This document shows, piece after piece, positions 18,092-27,992 of a stretch of DNA of 40,157 bases; position 1 is the stretch's first letter, and each line of letters begins with the position of its first letter. Made by a program: the position numbers and the translations under genes. Source of the DNA: a virus (taxonomy: Duplodnaviria > Caudoviricetes); the IMG/VR virus record IMGVR_UViG_3300048988_000010, positions 1 to 40,157 of that record, one strand, 5' to 3'. A model generated the notes under the pieces. That model was not told the DNA's origin and did no database searches. It worked only from the letters and a program-made list of their open reading frames with translations.

Positions 18092-20386
18092 ATGGCACAA
18101 CCTAACTTTGATTATGAGTCAGCGAAAAAAGCTGGATATTCAGATAATGAGATAAACTCATTTTTAAAAAAAAGTTCTGCCTCAAAACCTATAAAGAATT
18201 ATGGTAATTTTGACTATGAATCAGCCAAGAAATCCGGGTATTCGGATAAAGAAATAAATAGCTTCATCAGTAAACAAAAACCAAAAACGACAGAAGTTGT
18301 TCCGCCAGAACATGCAGAAAATTTTCAATCTCAACATCAAGAAGTCTCTGAACCATCTATAACCCCTGAACAAGTTCAAGAGCAATCATATTTAGAAAAA
18401 GCTGGAAGAGTTGCAGGTCAATTTGGTCTAGGAGCTCTTGAGTCTGCAACATTTCCTTATGAAATGGCTGTAACTGCATCAGGCGCTGGAAGTACAACGA
18501 ATCAAGCTGTAAATATTAAGAGAAATCTTGCAGAGGATTACGAAGATCTTTTAGTTAAAAAGTATTACGGCGAAGCAACTCCAGAGGATGAAGAGTATCT
18601 AGAATACATTAAGGAAATGTATAAAAATCCTGAAAGAATAGAAAAAGAACTTGCTGGTAAACCTATAGATGTTAGCGTAAGAAGCGGCATTGAAAAATTA
18701 ACTGGTTTGAACGTTAATCCCGAAGGAATTGCAGAAAAAGCAGCTAGTTGGGCTGGATTTATAAAAGATCCTAAAAAAATAGCATCATTATTTAAATCAG
18801 GAACGTCTTTAAAAGACATCTCAAAAGCTATTGCTCCTACCGGAACAGAAGTATTAAGAGGACTTGGGGCTGGAACAGCTCTTCAAGCTGCTGAAAATAA
18901 CGAATTCGGCCCTATTGGAACTATGGCAGCAATGGTATTAGGAGATTTATCTGGTGCTGGTATTGCTAAGACTGGAAAAGGAGCGTTTAAATTAATTACT
19001 GAACCGAAGAAAACTTTAGCTGAAATAGCGTCTAAGTTTACATCCAAAGATAAGATAGACCTGCAAAAAGACATTATAAAAGACTTTAGGGACTCTGGAA
19101 TTCAAGCTGATTTAGGATCTATTACTGATAGCAATTTAATAAAATGGACACAGTCTAGATTAGCCCAATCAGGATTGACAGGAAAAGAATTAAGCCAATT
19201 TAAAGAAAAAATTACAGGTCAGATTAAAGAAGAATACAAGACTTTAGCAAATTCTCTAGGAGAAGCAAGGATAGTAAGTGCTCATGAAGGCGGAGAAATT
19301 GCTAAAGACATGATGAAATCAATCCGGGATAAAGATTTATCTGCAACTAGTACCTTATACAAGAACGCTGAAGCCGCATTAAAAGAAAATGCTGTCGTAG
19401 ATTCTAGAAAAGTAGCCAACGCAATAGAAGAATTAGAAAAAAATCTTAAGCCAGGTTCAATAAAATCTACAGAACAGCAATCCGTTTTAAATGCATTAGA
19501 AAAAGTTAAAAAAGATTTGTATGCAGAGAATGGAAATCTAAAAATGGCTAAAGTCAAAGAGTTAATGAATGATAAGATTGCCTTAAACGACATCATTAAC
19601 TATGAAGTTCAAGGCGGATCAAAAAAATTACTTAAAAATATAGTAGGCGAATTAGATCGAGCCATAATATCTCATGGAAAAGAAAATGTTCCTTTCGTCA
19701 GAAATTACATAAGCGCTAATAAAAAGTTTTCTAAGCATGCTAAGACTTTTAGAACAAAATCAGTTAATAGTATGTTGAATGCAGAAGATCCTACAAAAAT
19801 CATAAATAAAATGAATACGGTTCAGGGTATAAAAGAAATTGAAAATGTTTTGTCAAAAGATGCAAAAGGACAAGAAATATTCAACAATCTGAAGCGTTTT
19901 AAGTTAGATAAAATGATAGGGGATAACCTAGTTGATAGCACAACTCAACAGGTAAAATTAGGAACATTTTCTAAATTACTAGAAAAAGGTAAAAATAAAG
20001 AGCTTACTAAAGAGATCTTAGGGCCTAGAAATTTCAAACGATTAGAAATGTTGCAAAAGAATTCAGGAAAATTAGCAGATGCAGCCCAAAAATTCTATAA
20101 TGCTTCTCAATCGGGTGTTGTTGCAGCAGATGCCGCTATATTAGCTACAGGATTGATGAATATATCACATTTATTATATGGTAATCCGTGGCCCTTAATG
20201 AAGACGGCTGGAGGTATCTTATCAGCTAGAAAGTTAAGTAAATTGCTTTCTGATCCTACATTCCTTCAGATCGTTGAAGAAGTCATCTTAGCGTCTGAAA
20301 AAGAAACTCCAGATCTTTTAATGCAAGCAATGGAAAAATTAAGACCCTATATTATGCAAGCACTACAAGAAAACAGAAATGAATAA
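18092..20386 (+). CDS. Putative large DNA ejection protein
   Basis: 764-aa helical protein with a duplicated N-terminal NFDYESAKKxGYSDxEINSF motif and a Gly/Ala hydrophobic segment. Confidence 0.6.
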   Translation: MAQPNFDYESAKKAGYSDNEINSFLKKSSASKPIKNYGNFDYESAKKSGYSDKEINSFISKQKPKTTEVVPPEHAENFQSQHQEVSEPSITPEQVQEQSYLEKAGRVAGQFGLGALESATFPYEMAVTASGAGSTTNQAVNIKRNLAEDYEDLLVKKYYGEATPEDEEYLEYIKEMYKNPERIEKELAGKPIDVSVRSGIEKLTGLNVNPEGIAEKAASWAGFIKDPKKIASLFKSGTSLKDISKAIAPTGTEVLRGLGAGTALQAAENNEFGPIGTMAAMVLGDLSGAGIAKTGKGAFKLITEPKKTLAEIASKFTSKDKIDLQKDIIKDFRDSGIQADLGSITDSNLIKWTQSRLAQSGLTGKELSQFKEKITGQIKEEYKTLANSLGEARIVSAHEGGEIAKDMMKSIRDKDLSATSTLYKNAEAALKENAVVDSRKVANAIEELEKNLKPGSIKSTEQQSVLNALEKVKKDLYAENGNLKMAKVKELMNDKIALNDIINYEVQGGSKKLLKNIVGELDRAIISHGKENVPFVRNYISANKKFSKHAKTFRTKSVNSMLNAEDPTKIINKMNTVQGIKEIENVLSKDAKGQEIFNNLKRFKLDKMIGDNLVDSTTQQVKLGTFSKLLEKGKNKELTKEILGPRNFKRLEMLQKNSGKLADAAQKFYNASQSGVVAADAAILATGLMNISHLLYGNPWPLMKTAGGILSARKLSKLLSDPTFLQIVEEVILASEKETPDLLMQAMEKLRPYIMQALQENRNE

Positions 20387-20587
20387 TTATTTCTGATCAA
20401 TAATATTTCTTAAATCAAAGGCCATCATCCTCTCTAATTCTGATTCGAATATACGATAAGAAGCTTTTTTCCCAGTTCCCACACGGCAAGCATGTATGCG
20501 CCCGTACTCTATAGCACGCCTCACAGTAATAGGATGAACCCTAAGTAATGCTGCAAATTCTTTAACTGTAAGCAATTTGTTCTTCAT
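20387..20587 (-). CDS. Excisionase-family (HTH_17) DNA-binding protein
   Basis: LLTVKEFAALLRVHPITVRRAIEYGRIHACRVG...YRI. Confidence 0.85.
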   Translation of the reverse strand: MKNKLLTVKEFAALLRVHPITVRRAIEYGRIHACRVGTGKKASYRIFESELERMMAFDLRNIIDQK

Positions 20588-20692
20588 GTACGCATATTCA
20601 CATTATGCTTTAATTTGTACAACATGAATATTGCTACTTATACATGTATGAACCACATTAAGTATAAAGAAACACTTAAAAATAGGTTATAT

Positions 20693-23083
20693 ATGCCACA
20701 AGTTTACGGTCTTGGCGGAATGTTTAATGTTGACGCAGGAACAATAATTCAAGATGGAGTTCCTTCATCAAATTTACGAGGAAGTATTGGGCAACAATAT
20801 TTTGATTCGTCAACTCTTCCTTTTACGGGATATGTCTACAATGGTTCTACTTGGGTTTCTGGTGGTAATGCATATGCTACTACAACATCACCGGGTATCG
20901 TAACTCTTTCTACTAGTATTGCAGGAGATGCAGCCTCGTTAACTTTAGTTCCTTCTGTCAAAGAGATTAAGGATTACGTTGATGGTGTAGCAGTTGCAGG
21001 CGCGCCCGTATCTACTACAGTTACGGCAGGTATTGGCCAACTGGCCACAGATGCGGAAGCGGTAGCAGGAACAGCGTCAACGCCGATCTTAGCATTATTT
21101 GTAACACCATCTAACTTGGCTTCTGTCTTTGCAGCACCACCCGCTACAGGAGGAACAACTCCAGCAGCAGGAGCTTTCACAACTATTTCAGCTAGTGGAC
21201 TTGCTACGTTAAGTGGGAGTGCAACTATTACTACAGGTGCCACAGCACTAAACTTAGCATCTGATGCATCTACAGGTGCGGTCAATATAGGAACAGGTGC
21301 AGGAGCCCGAGTAATTACGGTAGGAAATGTAACTGGAGCAACTGCCGTTGCTGTAAACACGGGAACAGGATCGTTTACTGTTACTTCAACCGGGACAGGA
21401 GATATCGTACTAAATTCTGCTGATACAGTTTTGATTGATTCGGCTGGTGTCCTTGAACTGAATTCTTCCGCTGGTGTTATCTCGATTGGAAATGATGCAG
21501 TTGCTCAAAATATTAATGTGGGTACTGGAGCAGCAGCTCGAACAATTACTCTAGGAAATAGTTCAGGAGGCACAACGGTAACGTTAAATGCTGGAACTGG
21601 TGGGGTAAACGTAGGAACCAATGCGATTGCTCAGACTGTAACAATAGGCAACCAAACAGGAGCTAGTAGCGTTATAGTAGATTCTGGAACCGGACCGATA
21701 AATATCGGTACCGCAATAGCTAAAACAATTACTATAGGTAATGTTACAGGAGCTACAGGAATTGTGGAGCGTGTAGGTACAGGTAACTTCAGTTTAGATG
21801 GTGTTACAAATTCTACATATGCAGTAGGGGCCAGCACCACAACTGGAACGATCACTGTAGGCGGAACAGCTCAAACAGGCGATTTAGTTTTAGGTTCCTC
21901 TAGCGGAACTAATGCTGTCAAGATAATGAACGGTTCCGGAGCTGGAACTTTAAGCTTAGGTGTTGTTCAAGTTGCAGGAGCCATTAATATGGGTACAGCA
22001 ATGACAACTGGAACGATCACTGTAGGCGGAACAGGACTTCAGACAGGGACAATATCCATAGCCCCAGGAACAGGAGCTCAAATTGTTAATGTGGCAACTG
22101 GTGGGACTGGAATAAAAACGGTTAATATAGGTACAGGAGCCATTGATAACGTGGTGACCATCGGGACGGTTACAGGAGCCGCTTCGCTTTCGTTACTTGT
22201 TGGAACAGGAAACTTTAGCCTTAATGGTGCTGCGACTTCTACATATGCAGTAGGGGCCAGCACCACAACTGGAACGATCACTGTAGGCGGAACAGCTCAA
22301 ACAGGAACTATGACTCTAGGTAGTTCTTCAGGCACTAATATTGTGTCAATAGGCGCTGGAACAGGTGCTACGACCGTTAATATCGCTGGAGGAGCAGGTT
22401 CGGCTAAAGCTGTCAACATAGCCACAGGAGCAGTAGCCAATGTAACAGTAATCGGGACAGTTTCAGGTGCTGCTAGCATAAGTATGCTTGTAGGAACAGG
22501 AAACTTTAGCCTCGATGGTGCAGCTACAAGTGCATACACTTTTGCGCCTTCAACCACTTCCGGCACGATTAATTTTGGGGGTACTGGAGCTAATACAGGC
22601 ACAGCAACAATTCTTGGTGGAACTGGAGTTCAAACAATCAATATAGCTGCTAGCACGGGTGTGAAGACGATTAACCTGGGTACAGGCGCGGCAGCAAATG
22701 CGATCCTAATCGGGACAAATACCTCGACCGCTAGTTTAGGGCTTCTTGCCGGAACGGGTAACGTAAACGTAACAGGTACTAATTTAAAGATAGCTACTAC
22801 TGGTAAGGGTCTTCAGATTAAAGCTGGTGCTGCTACGGATATGGCGGGAACAGCTATCCTAGTTTTAGGAACCATTGCTGTTTTGAATACAAATATCGCT
22901 ACGGGAGATATTATTTTTCTTTCGCGAGTATCTGCAAATGGTTCGGTAACTTTAGGTGAACTTAGCTATACAATTTCTAACGGCGTTTCATTTACTATCA
23001 CAAGTTTGATTTTAGGCACCCCTGCTAGCCCTCAAACCGCAGATGTATCCACAATAGCTTATTTTATTGTGCGTCCTGTATAA
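20693..23083 (+). CDS. Gly/Thr/Ala-rich repetitive tail fibre-like protein
   Basis: Probable start ATG 20693 (ATAGG RBS). Many VNIGTG / ITVGG repeats and an ATDAEAVAG motif. Confidence 0.7.
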   Translation: MPQVYGLGGMFNVDAGTIIQDGVPSSNLRGSIGQQYFDSSTLPFTGYVYNGSTWVSGGNAYATTTSPGIVTLSTSIAGDAASLTLVPSVKEIKDYVDGVAVAGAPVSTTVTAGIGQLATDAEAVAGTASTPILALFVTPSNLASVFAAPPATGGTTPAAGAFTTISASGLATLSGSATITTGATALNLASDASTGAVNIGTGAGARVITVGNVTGATAVAVNTGTGSFTVTSTGTGDIVLNSADTVLIDSAGVLELNSSAGVISIGNDAVAQNINVGTGAAARTITLGNSSGGTTVTLNAGTGGVNVGTNAIAQTVTIGNQTGASSVIVDSGTGPINIGTAIAKTITIGNVTGATGIVERVGTGNFSLDGVTNSTYAVGASTTTGTITVGGTAQTGDLVLGSSSGTNAVKIMNGSGAGTLSLGVVQVAGAINMGTAMTTGTITVGGTGLQTGTISIAPGTGAQIVNVATGGTGIKTVNIGTGAIDNVVTIGTVTGAASLSLLVGTGNFSLNGAATSTYAVGASTTTGTITVGGTAQTGTMTLGSSSGTNIVSIGAGTGATTVNIAGGAGSAKAVNIATGAVANVTVIGTVSGAASISMLVGTGNFSLDGAATSAYTFAPSTTSGTINFGGTGANTGTATILGGTGVQTINIAASTGVKTINLGTGAAANAILIGTNTSTASLGLLAGTGNVNVTGTNLKIATTGKGLQIKAGAATDMAGTAILVLGTIAVLNTNIATGDIIFLSRVSANGSVTLGELSYTISNGVSFTITSLILGTPASPQTADVSTIAYFIVRPV
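21811..22305 (+). repeat. 69-bp exact internal repeat (21811-21879 and 22237-22305) plus 31-bp partial copy (22004-22034)
   Basis: TTCTACATATGCAGTAGGGGCCAGCACCACAACTGGAACGATCACTGTAGGCGGAACAGCTCAAACAGG. Confidence 0.92.
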
Positions 23084-23104
23084 TTTGTAGCAAATTTTTA
23101 TAAT

Positions 23105-23137
23105 AGGGTGTATAGATTATATAGATTTATACACCCT
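23105..23137. other. Intergenic 13-bp inverted repeat
   Basis: AGGGTGTATAGAT-tatatag-ATTTATACACCCT; no U-tract. Confidence 0.6.
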
Positions 23138-23154
23138 GCAATATAGGTAAAAAC

Positions 23155-23394
23155 ATGTTTCAGACCTTAGCAAAGTTCGAAGCCATCATTGAAAACAAGG
23201 CTTACCATTTTTTATGTGATCCTAATTCATCAATTGATCATGTGAAAGAGGCGCTTTTTCAAGTACAAAAATCAGTAGCCGTACTTGAAGATCAAATTAA
23301 AGCAGCTCAAGAATCTGCTAAAAAGTGTGAAGAAGTAAATACTCCAGTAGAAGCCTTAACACAAGAAAATCCTGAGGTAGAAGATGAGCAATAA
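23155..23394 (+). CDS. Hypothetical protein (coiled coil; possible fibre chaperone)
   Basis: 79-aa ORF after the fibre gene. Confidence 0.65.
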   Translation: MFQTLAKFEAIIENKAYHFLCDPNSSIDHVKEALFQVQKSVAVLEDQIKAAQESAKKCEEVNTPVEALTQENPEVEDEQ

Positions 23395-23716
23395 TCCTAA
23401 TGATCAGAGGCTTGCGTTTGATGCTGAAATGAGTATTACGGCTCCCTTTACGGGAGTGGCTCAACTATTAGGTGTTTTGCAAAATAACCCAGTGATACTT
23501 TTAGTAAAAAACCAATCAACTTCATCCGTTTTCTTTGCTGATAATCCGGGTTCAGTTAATGGAACTACTATGGCAGCAGGCGAAGAGTTTGTTTTAGATT
23601 GTAGATCGAACAAAGGAAACGCCTGTAATATGGGATTTGGTGCAGGTATTGGATTTTATGTTACTGGAACAGCGGGTACAGGCAGTTTTAAGGTTTCAAT
23701 TTTGTACGCGAGGTAA
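23384..23716 (+). CDS. Hypothetical virion protein
   Basis: 110-aa beta-rich ORF with GAGG RBS. Confidence 0.7.
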   Translation: MSNNPNDQRLAFDAEMSITAPFTGVAQLLGVLQNNPVILLVKNQSTSSVFFADNPGSVNGTTMAAGEEFVLDCRSNKGNACNMGFGAGIGFYVTGTAGTGSFKVSILYAR

Positions 23717-23719
23717 AAT

Positions 23720-24217
23720 ATGAGTCAAATTTTTGTACCTACTTCAGGTTCAGGAGTACCTAGCAATGTTCCAACTTCTTTTGTGACGAATAGCGGAACT
23801 GCTACGCCAGCATTAAATATATTAAATGTTGTAGGAGCTAGTGGGACTCTAACTTCTGGTTCTGGTAATACAATAACTATTATATCGACGGGTGTAATTT
23901 GGCAAGTAATCGGAGCTAGCCAAAGCCTTCTTGTTAATAACGGATATATTTGTAGAACCGGAGGAACGTTATCTTTATTGCTTCCTTCAACTTCAATCGT
24001 GGGTGACATAATCGAAGTCACATTAGACGGTTCTGCAAGTTTCACTATTGCTCAAAATGGAGGTCAATCAATCCGGTTTGGAACTTTTTCAACTACAGTC
24101 GGAGTAGGTGGATCTTTAATTTCAACAAATCAGGGAGATTCGATTAAAATTGTTTGTTCTACAGCAAATCTAAAATGGAACGTTCTTAGTTCGGAAGGCA
24201 ATTTAACCGTAGTTTGA
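23720..24217 (+). CDS. Putative tail fibre-associated protein
   Basis: Ser/Thr/Gly-rich with an LSLLLPSTSIVGDIIEV pattern. Confidence 0.65.
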   Translation: MSQIFVPTSGSGVPSNVPTSFVTNSGTATPALNILNVVGASGTLTSGSGNTITIISTGVIWQVIGASQSLLVNNGYICRTGGTLSLLLPSTSIVGDIIEVTLDGSASFTIAQNGGQSIRFGTFSTTVGVGGSLISTNQGDSIKIVCSTANLKWNVLSSEGNLTVV

Positions 24218-24225
24218 GGGATATA

Positions 24226-26160
24226 ATGGCAACAAATAATTCGATAAATTCATCAGATCCTTCTATAAATATAGGTTCATTGCAGTATTTTTCTAATTCG
24301 GCAGGAGACGCATACTTATCGGGAATCTGGTTAAAATGTGATGGATCAACTTATTCTCAAGCAACATATTCAGTTTTATTTAGTCGACTTGGTTTACTAA
24401 ATCCCGGTGGTACTATATGGACATTAAGAACAAGTGGAACATCTAGCGCTATAACAGCATTAACATATTCAGGCGTATTTGTAGCAGCCGGAAACGGAGG
24501 AACTATTCTAACCTCGACTGATGGTACTACGTGGACAGCAAGAACGAGCGGAACAGCAAGCGCTATATCAGCTCTAACTTTTGGTAATGCTTTATTTGTT
24601 TATGGCGGATCTTCCGGTTCTTTAGCCTCCTCCACGGATGCGATAACATGGACAGCTCGCACCAGCGGAACAACATCAAATATATTGGCTTTAACTAATA
24701 ATGGATCTGTTTATGTTTATAGTACGGCTAGTGGCAATTTTGCCTCCTCCACGGATGCGATAACATGGACGATTCGAGGTTCTCCAACGAATCAATCTGC
24801 AAGCACATTAGCCTATGGAAATGGTTTTTTTGTTTCTGGAGGCAGTGCAGGTGTAATTTGTACCTCAACAGATGGCACGACATGGAATACAAAAAACCCA
24901 TCAATAGGATCTACATCAGCAACTGCATCGATGCCTTTCTTTTTCGGAAATAATCTTTTTATTGGAAGTTCGTCAGGTGGCGTTTTATCAACATCCACAG
25001 ACGGCGTAAATTGGATAGGAAGAACTTCAGGAACGCTTAGCAATATAAACGCTGTAACATATGGTACTGCATACGTTTACGGGGGAACAGCGGGATTAAT
25101 TGCCTCCTCCACGGATGCGATCACCTGGGTCGCGCGCACATCTAATACGGCGTCCGTTGTTAGTGGTTTAACATATGGGAATGGCCTTCATGTCTACGGA
25201 ACTGCTGGAGGAGGAATAGGAACCTCGACTGATGGTACTACGTGGACAGCAAGAACGAGCGGAACAGCAAGCGCTATAAGTCAGGTAGTATATGGTACAG
25301 CTTATGTGTATGGAGGAACTGGAGGTGTAATTGGGTCAAGTACTGACGCAATCACATGGACAGTTAGAACGTCCAATACAGTATCTATAATACAAGCTCT
25401 AGTGTATGGTACTGTGCACGTCTACGGAACTGCTGGAGGAGGAATAGGAACCTCGACTGATGGTACTACGTGGACAGCAAGAACGAGCGGAACAACATCG
25501 GGAATATTCGGTTTAGCATACGGAAATAATACATACGTTTACGGGGGAACAGCGGGATTAATTGCCTCCTCCACGGATGCGATCACGTGGACAGCAAGAA
25601 CAAGCGGAACAACCAGTTCAATAACGGGAATAGTATACAAAGCGACAAGTTTTTATGCGGCTGGAAATTCATTTGTATTAACAAGTACTGACGCAATCAC
25701 ATGGACACAAACACAGCCATCAAATACAACATCATCAATAGGCGCGTTATTGTATAGCTCTCAATTTGTATACGGAGGGTCTGGAGGAGTAATTGGCACC
25801 TCAACGGATGGGGTCACATTCACAGCCCGTACTAGCGGAACTACATCTAGTATTTTGGGATTAACTTATAACGGTTCTATGTATGTTGCGTCTGGAGCTG
25901 GTGGAACAATTTTAACATCGAGTGACGCAATCACTTGGACATCTCAAACTTCAGCAACCACTAGTCAGTTAAGTGCTATAACAAATGGCGGTACTATATT
26001 TGTAGCGGGTGGTACTGGCGGAGTAATCGAAACGTCAAACACAACCTATGCATATAATTCAGCAACTCAATTTGTAGTACCGACAGATGCCGTTTTAGGA
26101 ATTACAACGGAATTGTCAACTAATTTCAAACGATCACTTTATATCAGGGCCTTTTCATGA
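24226..26160 (+). CDS. Tail fibre / receptor-binding protein: collar-like domain plus BNR-like propeller repeats
   Basis: WLKCDGSTYSQATYSVLFSRLG followed by many STD(G/A)xTWTARTSGT repeats; GAGGG RBS before ATG 24226. Confidence 0.75.
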   Translation: MATNNSINSSDPSINIGSLQYFSNSAGDAYLSGIWLKCDGSTYSQATYSVLFSRLGLLNPGGTIWTLRTSGTSSAITALTYSGVFVAAGNGGTILTSTDGTTWTARTSGTASAISALTFGNALFVYGGSSGSLASSTDAITWTARTSGTTSNILALTNNGSVYVYSTASGNFASSTDAITWTIRGSPTNQSASTLAYGNGFFVSGGSAGVICTSTDGTTWNTKNPSIGSTSATASMPFFFGNNLFIGSSSGGVLSTSTDGVNWIGRTSGTLSNINAVTYGTAYVYGGTAGLIASSTDAITWVARTSNTASVVSGLTYGNGLHVYGTAGGGIGTSTDGTTWTARTSGTASAISQVVYGTAYVYGGTGGVIGSSTDAITWTVRTSNTVSIIQALVYGTVHVYGTAGGGIGTSTDGTTWTARTSGTTSGIFGLAYGNNTYVYGGTAGLIASSTDAITWTARTSGTTSSITGIVYKATSFYAAGNSFVLTSTDAITWTQTQPSNTTSSIGALLYSSQFVYGGSGGVIGTSTDGVTFTARTSGTTSSILGLTYNGSMYVASGAGGTILTSSDAITWTSQTSATTSQLSAITNGGTIFVAGGTGGVIETSNTTYAYNSATQFVVPTDAVLGITTELSTNFKRSLYIRAFS

Positions 26161-26831
26161 TTAAACTATTCATAGCAACGCCAGCATTTGACGGTCGTGT
26201 TCATGTTCAATACGCAATTTCATTAGCTGATACAAGTGTACTTTTACAATCTCAGGGAATTGGAGTGCAACTTAATATCAATAGTTCAGGTTCATTGCTA
26301 GTTGCTGAACGAAATAGATTGAATAAAGCATTTCTTGCGTCTGAATGTACTCATATGCTTTGCATAGACTCTGATCTAGGGTGGCCTTGTCATGCAGTAA
26401 AAGCTATGATTGATCACGATGTTGATTTTGTAGCAGGATTATATCCAGCTAGAGGAGAAAAAACATTTCTTTTTCGAGGTTGTTACAACGAAGACGGATC
26501 TCTTATTACGCATGAAACGAAACAACTTTTAAAAATGAATCATATTCCAGCCGGATTTATGTTAATTAAAAGAAATGTTATCGAGAAAATGACGGAACAT
26601 TTTTCTCATCTATATTTCAAGCCAAAGCACATTGATTACGAAAAAGAAGATGGGTTTTGTCTTTACAATACTGAAGTGAAAGACGGTGAGTTTTGGGGGG
26701 AGGATTATGTTTTCTGTGGTAGGGCTCGAGAAGCTGGATTCGATATCTGGGTTGATCCTTTGATTGAATTTGATCATTCAGGAACTAGAGGAGCCTTTCA
26801 TTCTCTTCTCTATAATAAAAAAGAAGGATAA
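26157..26831 (+). CDS. Glycosyltransferase-like protein (GT-A fold)
   Basis: LFIATP, RNRL, THMLCIDSD (DxD), GFMLIKR and GEDYVFC motifs. Confidence 0.8.
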   Translation: MIKLFIATPAFDGRVHVQYAISLADTSVLLQSQGIGVQLNINSSGSLLVAERNRLNKAFLASECTHMLCIDSDLGWPCHAVKAMIDHDVDFVAGLYPARGEKTFLFRGCYNEDGSLITHETKQLLKMNHIPAGFMLIKRNVIEKMTEHFSHLYFKPKHIDYEKEDGFCLYNTEVKDGEFWGEDYVFCGRAREAGFDIWVDPLIEFDHSGTRGAFHSLLYNKKEG

Positions 26832-26836
26832 TACAA

Positions 26837-27223
26837 ATGTCATTAGGAAATGCAACAAACAATAATCTTTTCGCTCTAACTTCCCCTGTAATCGACTTTA
26901 GCGTAACGGGAGTAGTTCCACTTTTTACAACTGCTTTTAACTCGAGATTTTGTCCGATATTCTCCCAAAATATTTGTGTATTTTCTAATTCGGCAGATGG
27001 AAACTCACAATATAATATTGGATGGACAGGACCTGATTATATGGATTATGACCAAGGTGCGGGTTTCCAAGCCACTGTTACAGATGAAACGTCATTTGTT
27101 GATCCTGGATCAACCTCAAAAAAAACCTTTCCTCCTAATACAGTAATTAGGGTTAATATAACTCAAGCTGATAGCGGTATAGCATTGACAGGAAGAATTA
27201 TAATTTATGGTATTTACATTTAG
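26837..27223 (+). CDS. Hypothetical protein
   Basis: 128-aa beta-rich ORF. Confidence 0.7.
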   Translation: MSLGNATNNNLFALTSPVIDFSVTGVVPLFTTAFNSRFCPIFSQNICVFSNSADGNSQYNIGWTGPDYMDYDQGAGFQATVTDETSFVDPGSTSKKTFPPNTVIRVNITQADSGIALTGRIIIYGIYI

Positions 27224-27232
27224 AAAAAAGGA

Positions 27233-27397
27233 ATGAAGATGAAAGGCAAAGAACAAAAAAAAGTTAAGAAAGTAGTTAAAGAATTTGAAAAAGGCGACCT
27301 TCATTCAGGATCTAAGAAAGGGCCAATCGTAAAAGATAAAGATCAAGCTTTAGCTATTGGATATTCTGAGGCTAAAAAAATGAAAGGAAAGAAATAA
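27233..27397 (+). CDS. Small basic protein, DUF6496-like
   Basis: Read manually: KVKKVVKEFEKGDLHSGSKKGPIVKDKDQALAIGYSEA. Confidence 0.8.
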   Translation: MKMKGKEQKKVKKVVKEFEKGDLHSGSKKGPIVKDKDQALAIGYSEAKKMKGKK

Positions 27398-27576
27398 TGC
27401 ATAAAAAGATCATGACAAAAGCGGCGAAAGCTCTTGATAAAGATGCTAAGCATTACGAAAAAGAATCCAAGCATGAGCATGGTAAAAAGAAAAAGCATGA
27501 TCTAATCGAGAAGAAAGAAGCTAAAAGCGCATCAAAAGATCTTAAAAAGCGTGCTAAATCTGCTCATGAATATTGA
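27397..27576 (+). CDS. Lys/His-rich small protein (59 aa)
   Basis: Read manually: MHKKIMTKAAKALDKDAKHYEKESKHEHGKKKKHDLIEKKEAKSASKDLKKRAKSAHEY; TAATG coupling. Confidence 0.75.
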   Translation: MHKKIMTKAAKALDKDAKHYEKESKHEHGKKKKHDLIEKKEAKSASKDLKKRAKSAHEY

Positions 27577-27601
27577 TATATGATCAAGATAGTCGTGACG
27601 A

Positions 27602-27982
27602 CTATCTTGATACTTGAATCGTTGCTTCAGGATTTTTTTCACATGCTTTGAGATAATCTGTAACTACTTCAACCAAATGTTCATATGATCCATATTTGTT
27701 GGGTGGATTATATGCCTCAAATCTTTCTGCATCATCAATAAGAATATGCAATCCTTTCCTCAATAGCGGAATCATCTGATTAGTTATTTCAATTCCATTT
27801 TCTTCAGGCCTCCACAAGCAGTTATATATTCCTGCTTCTGATGCCATCTTTGCTAAATTGTGAGTTAAATTAAAGTGAGAAAACCATTTTCTTTCTAATG
27901 ATTCGTGCTTATTTCCACAAGATTCACATACACATTCATGAAAAGAAATTTCAGGTTTATATAAATAGATATCAAGTGACAT
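27602..27982 (-). CDS. Phage hypothetical protein
   Basis: NLTHNLAKMA..LWRPEE..YNPPNKYGSY; AAGGAG RBS. Confidence 0.8.
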   Translation of the reverse strand: MSLDIYLYKPEISFHECVCESCGNKHESLERKWFSHFNLTHNLAKMASEAGIYNCLWRPEENGIEITNQMIPLLRKGLHILIDDAERFEAYNPPNKYGSYEHLVEVVTDYLKACEKNPEATIQVSR

Positions 27983-27992
27983 TTTTTACTCC

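Noticed and set aside
20974-22602. Minus-strand ORFs within the fibre gene
   Set aside because: Shadow ORFs produced by Gly/Thr/Ala codon bias.
24400-26000. CRISPR array or diversity-generating retroelement
   Set aside because: The repeats are in-frame protein repeats without unique spacers. No reverse transcriptase, cas gene or adenine-specific mismatch pattern was seen.
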